Below are positions 57,728 to 64,000 of a DNA stretch of 64,000 bases, in pieces (the first letter of the stretch is position 1; every line of letters begins with the position of its first letter). Under the pieces are notes generated by a model. The model saw only the letters and a list, made by a program, of their open reading frames with translations. It did no database searches and had not been told where the DNA came from. The position numbers were made by a program, and so were the translations under genes. Source of the DNA: Squalus acanthias (taxonomy: Eukaryota); assembly GCA_030390025.1 (NCBI GenBank), contig CM059431.1, positions 131,070,001-131,134,000 on the forward strand, in the 5' to 3' direction.

Positions 57728-58318
57728 GGGCGAATTTTGGCAGCACATTCAGGCGCTAAAGATACCCCGAGGTGGCCAAGATGGGGTCTTGAACTGAAAC
57801 ACCGGTTTAGCCTGCATTTAGCGCAAGATGCCATCTTAGTAAAGGAGTTGAAGCATGTGCTAGGAACGGTCGTCCGGAGGCTCGTTAAAGGGCTAATTGC
57901 CACTTAACATGCCTGCTAGCGCTCATTAAGGAGGCTGCACGGCATTTTGGTGGCTAGCGCTTGAACTAACACCCTCTCCTAACAGCTGCCGCAGAATGAA
58001 TGAATCGTGACTGCTGCCAGGATACCGGGCATTGGTGGCACACCAGCTGCATGTTGAGGGAACAGAATCCCTTTTGGTTCAGGTACATGCCAGAGTTGAC
58101 ATGAGGCGCACACAAAGCAATGTGCGTGAAGTCAATGGCACCCTGCACCTTGGGGAAGTCTGCAATCCTTGCAAACCCTTGTGCTTGCTCCAACTGCTTG
58201 TCTCTGGCAAGAGGGAATGAAATGAAGTTATCTCTCTTTGCATAGAAGGCCTCAGTGACCTCCCTTATGCAGCAGTGCACTGCACACTGCGAGATGTTGC
58301 TAATATCTCCAGCAGCAA
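57728..58318 (-). mobile_element. Harbinger end with transposase fragment
   Basis: AAGDISNISQ...GAIDFTHIAL; terminal about 200 nt similar to 55410-55620. Confidence 0.8.
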
Positions 58319-59203
58319 ATATATCCTTCCTTAGGTAAGGCAACCAAAACTGTACACAGTACTCCAGGTGTGGTCTCATCAAAGCCCTATATAATTACAG
58401 CAAGACTTCCTTACTCTTATACTCCAACCCCCTTGCAATAAAGGCTAACATACCATTTCCCTTCCTAATTGTTTGCTGTACCTGCATGGTAACTTTCTGT
58501 GATTCATGTACAATGACCCCCAAATCCTCTGAATACCAACATTAACTAGTCTCTCACCTTTTAAAAAATATTCTGCTTTTTCATTCTTCCTACCAAAGAG
58601 GATAATTTCACACTTCCCCACATTATACTCAATCTGCCACCTTCTTGCCCAATCACTTAACCTGTCTATATCCCTTTGCAGCCTCTTTGTGTCCTACTCA
58701 CAGCATATTTTCCCACCTAGCTTTGTATCATCAGCAAACTTGGATATATTACACTCGGTCCCCTCATCTAAGTCATTGATATCGATTATAAATAGCTGAG
58801 GCCCAAGAACTAATCCTTGCGGCATTCCACTAGTTACACCCTGCCATCCTGACAATAACCCGTTTATTTCTTACTCTCTGTTTTCTGTCCATTAACCAAT
58901 CCTCAATCCATGCTAATATATTACTCCAAATCTCATGAACCCTAATAATCTTGTGTAACAACCTCTTGTGTGGCCCCTTGTTGAATGCCTTCTAAAAATC
59001 CCAATATACTACATCTACTGGTTCTCCCTTATCTACCCTGCTCGATACACCCTCAAAAAATTTTAACAGATTTGTCAAAAACAATTTCCCTTTCTTAAAA
59101 CCATGTTGACTCTGCCTAATCATATTTTGATTTTCCAAGTGCCATGTCACCATGTCCTTAATAATAGATTCTAGCATTTTCCCTGCTACTGATGTCAGGC
59201 TAG
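58318..59203 (-). mobile_element. Degenerate CR1 RT fragment
   Basis: MLESIIKD..SQHGF and RPHLEYCVQFW. Confidence 0.85.
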
Positions 59204-59464
59204 CTTCTAGCTTTGACCAGTGTAAACAGATTAGAACTACATGCTTCCAACTCTTCCTGATGAGTACCCCTGTGAGTATCTGTCTGTACCTGTAATCTCA
59301 TGGTCACTGTATGTAGTGGGTAGTGTAAAATGCATTAAATAGACATCTCATTGTTTCCTAGTTTACGAGTTTGTTTAAAGGGGTCTAGATACGGATTATC
59401 CTGTAAAAGCCTAATATATATTTAGCCTATAAGGGGGCAAAAACCTAACACTGAGTGGAGGCAT

Positions 59465-59915
59465 AAAGAAAGACTTGCCTTTATATAGCGCCTTTCACAA
59501 CCTCAGCACATCCCAAAGCACTTCACAGCCAATTAAGTACTTTTGAAGTGTCGTCACTGATGTAATGTAGGAAACATGACAGCTAATTTGCACACAGCAA
59601 GGTCCTACAAATAACAATTTGGTAATGACTAGATAATCTATTTTTAGTGATGTTGGTTGATGGATAAGTATTGGCCAGGAAAAATTCCCCTGCTCTTCTT
59701 CGAAATAGTGCCATGTGATCTTTTACGTCCACCTGAGAGGGAAGACGGGGCCTTGGTTTAACGTGTCATCCGAAAGACGGCATCTCCAACAGTGCAGCTC
59801 TCCCTCAGTACTGCACTGGAGTATCAGCCTGAATTATGTACTCATCCCTGGAGTGGAACAGGAACCCACAACCTTCTGACTCAGAGGCAAGTGTGCTACC
59901 GCTGAGCCATGGCTG
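59465..59915 (-). mobile_element. Deu-domain tRNA SINE; partial copies at about 34110-34225 and 35600-35805
   Basis: Reverse complement homologous to 15975-16425, with the tRNA-like head at about 59850-59915. Confidence 0.75.
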
Positions 59916-62329
59916 ACCCCTAGCAAAGCTTGCTGGACAGGCAGCAGACATTGGCAGATAATTACACTCTAACATAGGAAACTGTAATGTTTGTTGGTGT
60001 GGGAAATGGAGGAAGGGAAAATCAATCTCAGTAAAGCACCTCCTATTGCACCAGTGTTTAAGAGGAGGCAGCTATGTTTTACATTTGAATGTGCAATATT
60101 CTGACGCAGTTTCACACCACTCCCACAAGTGCATGATAGTGTTCATGGTGGCACTCCAAAAGAAATAACAGTTTCAATTTTGCAACACAGAAAAGCATAC
60201 ATTAAAAACTGCTTTGTTTTGGAGGAGTCCCATCAACTTTCTTCAAGACCATTGCTGCTGTTACATCTAATATTTCTTGTTAGTGTTGCTTTTCAATTGG
60301 TGCAGCGCCATGCACACACTCATGTCTTGAGCTCAAATAATGGTATGAACAATTAACTCCACAGGAGGTGCTTTTCCCAACAGGGACAGACATTGCCCTT
60401 CCTCCTCTCACATCCTGCTTCAAGGTACAACAGGAGTCCATCTAACCTGGAAGTTATGGTGACACTAGTTGTGAAAAACATTGATGTTCCTTATCTTGAT
60501 GTATTATTCATTTAATTGCTGAGCTGTGGAGTGATAACAGTGTGTAGAATGCATTTGTTTCCTCGATTGCATGTCAAGTCACTTCTACACAAAATGGCTG
60601 ATCTTTTTTATACAGGAAGTATATGAAGCAGTTATTAGTTGACACATGCTAATATAACAGTCAAATGTCTGGCTATCTTCCCACTACAGTACCATGTAAT
60701 TAGTACTTGCTCCTGATTAGATTTATGGAACACTGGAGAACATGACGCTGTAAAGTTAACTTCCTCAACTCTGTTATGAGTGTGAAGCTATTGTGATTGG
60801 GAAGAGACCCAATAGCTTGGTGGATGGTGTCTGTCCTTCACACTATTGCTTTTGTTGCACTTTTTCAGAGGGCAAGACAGGGCTGGCAACAAATATCAGC
60901 ACAAAATAATGTGCTGGGGATAGAAGTTCCCTGATTCCTGATCTCCGGACATAAGTACAGCAGAAGATTGACAGAAACCCTGTGAGAAATTATGTAAATG
61001 GCTGTTAACTCCATTTCTCCGGGGTTTCTGCTAAATTTATGACAGGAGATTGGGAGAACCCCCATGGAAATTACTGGCCAACTCACTGAAATGATAATAG
61101 ATTGCTGTGGGCAAATGTGGCACAGATGGCTGTTGGCAAAGTAGGTGGCATAGATGGAAAATGGAAAAATACATGATATGTCCTTCAGCACTGAATATTT
61201 GATAATGATGGAGAAAGAGGGGAAAAATCAATGTATTTGAATTTATAATGCATATGTTTATTAAAGAAATCTGAATACTTGATTAAGACTTGGCTTACTT
61301 CATTTAGCTCCATCTGGTTAAATGCCCTGAAAATGTATTTGAATAGTCAGCCAGAATATGAGGAATGTCAGTCTGTTACTTAACTATAGACAGGCAATGT
61401 GATTATTATCTACCAAAAAATATAAAATATTAAAGAATGTTGCAAATACCAATCTATTTTTCGTGCTGCTCAGGATGATGTATGACAATGATGGGGAGCA
61501 GTACTATTTAACTGTTGCCCAGTAAACCATCGGGAAATCAGCACAGACCAGGGATCCGTGCCTTTACCCAGTCAACCTGCAGAGGGAGACTCATTAATAA
61601 AAGGACAATTTCTGTTGTATTTGTGAGCCTTCCTTTGGGGAGTACTTTAGTATTTGGTGAGGTTGTTGATTAAGTGAAGTTTTGCATCTGTGGGATGACA
61701 GTTGGTTAATCAGTAACATTTATTGTAACATTCCGATATCGAATATAACAATTTTTGATCTATCTGGTGCAATGCACTTGGAGTAAAGGGAAATATCCGC
61801 TGAAAACAATGAGGACATGTTTCTTCTCATCTCTGCCATGCCTATGTAACCTTAATTTCCTCTGTGTCCATTTGCATGTAAATTCTAGCTGCCACTCCAG
61901 ATCCAATCCCATTACTTTTATCTCTTTTTTTTTTGTTGGGCCATCTCGGGCCCTTCTCTCTCTTCTCCTCCCTTTTCTGTCACTGAGTGTTACCATCTTT
62001 CATTTTTCTTGGGCGCTTTCCTTCCCCAATACCTCCTCCAACCCATCACCACGCCTCTGTCTTCCTACTCTCCTGCTGTCATCCCAGGCTTGAATCAGCT
62101 CTTGGCATTCTCAAAAAGGGCCCATTGAAACACCATTGGTGTTTCCTATGAGCAGCTACTCCAACTGCCCCATCCTAATCTCTCAGCAATCTTCACACTC
62201 AGGGCCTAACCTCCTCACCTTTCTCCTCATTCCACTCACCCCACCCATCATTGCCCCCTTAGAGTCTGACATTGGATCAATAATCACCATCTCGCTCCAT
62301 GCTTCCCCCCACCCCGCACCCCACTCCCA

Positions 62330-62940
62330 GATTGTCCGTTCACTCGCAAACGAGACCCTTGCCATCCAGGAACTTAATGTGGATGATTGCATTGACATTC
62401 TGTCTTTGACTGAAACTTGGCTCACAAGTGGTGATACTTTGCCCCTTACTAAAGTCTCCCCACCTGGCTATACTTTCCAACAGATGCCATGCCCAAATCA
62501 CTGTGGTGGCAATATGGCCCTTATCACCAAGTCACACCTTGGCCTCTCCCCCTTCTCCTATGGCACATTTTCCTCCTTTGCACATTACCTTGTTCCACCT
62601 CTCTTACCGCTCCTTTAAAATCTATCATCCCTGAAGCCCCACTCGGAGTTTCTCCTTGAGATATCTCCATATTTTAATTCCTCAGCCTCTGCACTGAACA
62701 GTTCCTCATCCTTAGTGATTTTAATCTCCATCTCAGCTCCACTTGCCCTCTCTCCTCTGAATTCACTGCCCTCCTGTCCTTCTTAAACCTTTCCCTCCAT
62801 ATAAACTCTCCTACCCAAATTCACCGCCAACTCTTCAACCTTCCCATCTCCTATTGCCTCTCTACTATCATGATCACTGACAAGGCCAAGTTTGACTACT
62901 TCCTTGAATCCCTCACCACCCACATCCCACGTCCTTCTGT
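62330..62940 (+). mobile_element. L2-like LINE APE endonuclease remnant
   Basis: VRSLAN, IDILSLTETWL and a GDFN-like TGATTTTAATCTCCAT. Confidence 0.65.
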
Positions 62941-63082
62941 GATCGCCACTGAGCCACACAAGGTGGTATTAAGACAGATGACCAAAAGCTTGGTCAAAGA
63001 GGTAGGTTTTAAGGAGCATCTTAAAGAAGAAAAATGAGTAGTCGCACAACACCAGGTTATAGTCCAACAGCTTTATTTGAAA

Positions 63083-63119
63083 TCACAAGCTTTCGGAGCG
63101 CTGCTCCTTCGTCAGGTGA
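63083..63119 (-). ncRNA. Minimal type I hammerhead ribozyme in a solitary Penelope tail (about 63030-63120)
   Basis: On -: TCAC-CTGACGA-A-GGAGC(AGC)GCTCC-GAAA-GC-TT-GTGA; same tail as 9308-9360. Confidence 0.82.
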
Positions 63120-63610
63120 AGATCGCATCAAATGTTTCCAGGTCATGAACAACATGGGTCGGTCTATGGTAATGTATTCTGTGTACATTCACGTGTGATG
63201 TTTTACTGTATTGGATTCTTTTTCAGCCCTTTTAGTTTCAAATTGAGTTTTAGCTCCAGTATTAGTGTGTCAGGCTGATTCAGATAGGACCAAGCTCAAC
63301 CTCCAAACTAATCCCAGTTTGGTCATTCCTGGATGTCAGTATATTGTTGACGTGATTTTAGAAGAATGAAATCTCATGTCATTTTGGATAAAAGCTGAAA
63401 ACTAATTTGTTTTAAAGTCTTTACAAGGATTTCTGTCACTATTGGAGCCTTGAGTAAAAATGGATCTTGTACGATGGTCTGAAACTTTAGTATTCTACAT
63501 GATTTATGTGTCAGCCTTTGACTCCTTTCCATGGATTCTTGATAGTTCCAAATGAAGACACAGATCACTTGAATATCTAACATGGCAATAGCTTTGTTAA
63601 GCAAAGCTTA

Positions 63611-64000
63611 AGGGTGAAAACAGGTGCTAAATGGGTGCTTGAGCTAATAAGAAACGCCTGTTTGAAAGTGTGGATTTAGCATGCAATTTTCAGGCTAATT
63701 GATGATTATCATGATTTAAATGCGCCTGCAGACGCTGAAACCAACACCTCTCGAGGGCATCGCAGGAGAACATCTGAACATCCCTCTTCAGAATCTCAGC
63801 AGCCATCCACCTCACCTGCTGCTGCCACTGGGGTTGCATTTCTTAGAAGCACTAGATTAGGCAAGAGCACTTATAGATTTCCACTAAGGATAAGCACCAG
63901 GGTGAATAGTTTAATAGTTTTAAGTGCTGTTGGTTGTGTCATGTTTTCATTGTTTGTTTTTGCTCGAGATAAAGTGTGATTATGGTAATTGGGTAGTGGT
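63611..64000 (+). mobile_element. Internally deleted Harbinger derivative
   Basis: 63613-63745 matches the reverse complement of 57150-57290; 63800-63910 matches 33870-33980. Confidence 0.65.

Overview
Repeat-saturated vertebrate DNA with no recognisable host protein-coding gene. The repeat mix (CR1 and L2 LINEs, Penelope/GIY-YIG retroelements, Deu-domain tRNA SINEs, Harbinger transposons and MITEs) suggests a cartilaginous fish; that assignment is inference. The main content is two related env-bearing LTR elements. Element 1 is on + (1-7245, 5' part outside the window). Element 2 is a complete 12.5-kb provirus on - (41279-53795) inserted into a Penelope element, with 1687-bp LTRs about 1.3% diverged by manual count, a CCTC TSD and a tRNA-Arg(UCG)-type PBS. 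Both have PR-RT-degenerate RNase H-second RNase H-IN plus an env resembling class I F proteins, which is a lokiretrovirus-like layout. Most notable: the intact 783-aa Env has an apparent Ig V-like domain in front of the fusion module, and gag and pol are in frame across a single UGA-CUAG readthrough-type stop. The window also holds three minimal hammerhead ribozymes in Penelope tails and a MITE family whose internal hairpin changes sequence between copies but stays palindromic. Boundaries of degenerate repeats are approximate. All family assignments come from motif recognition, not database searches.
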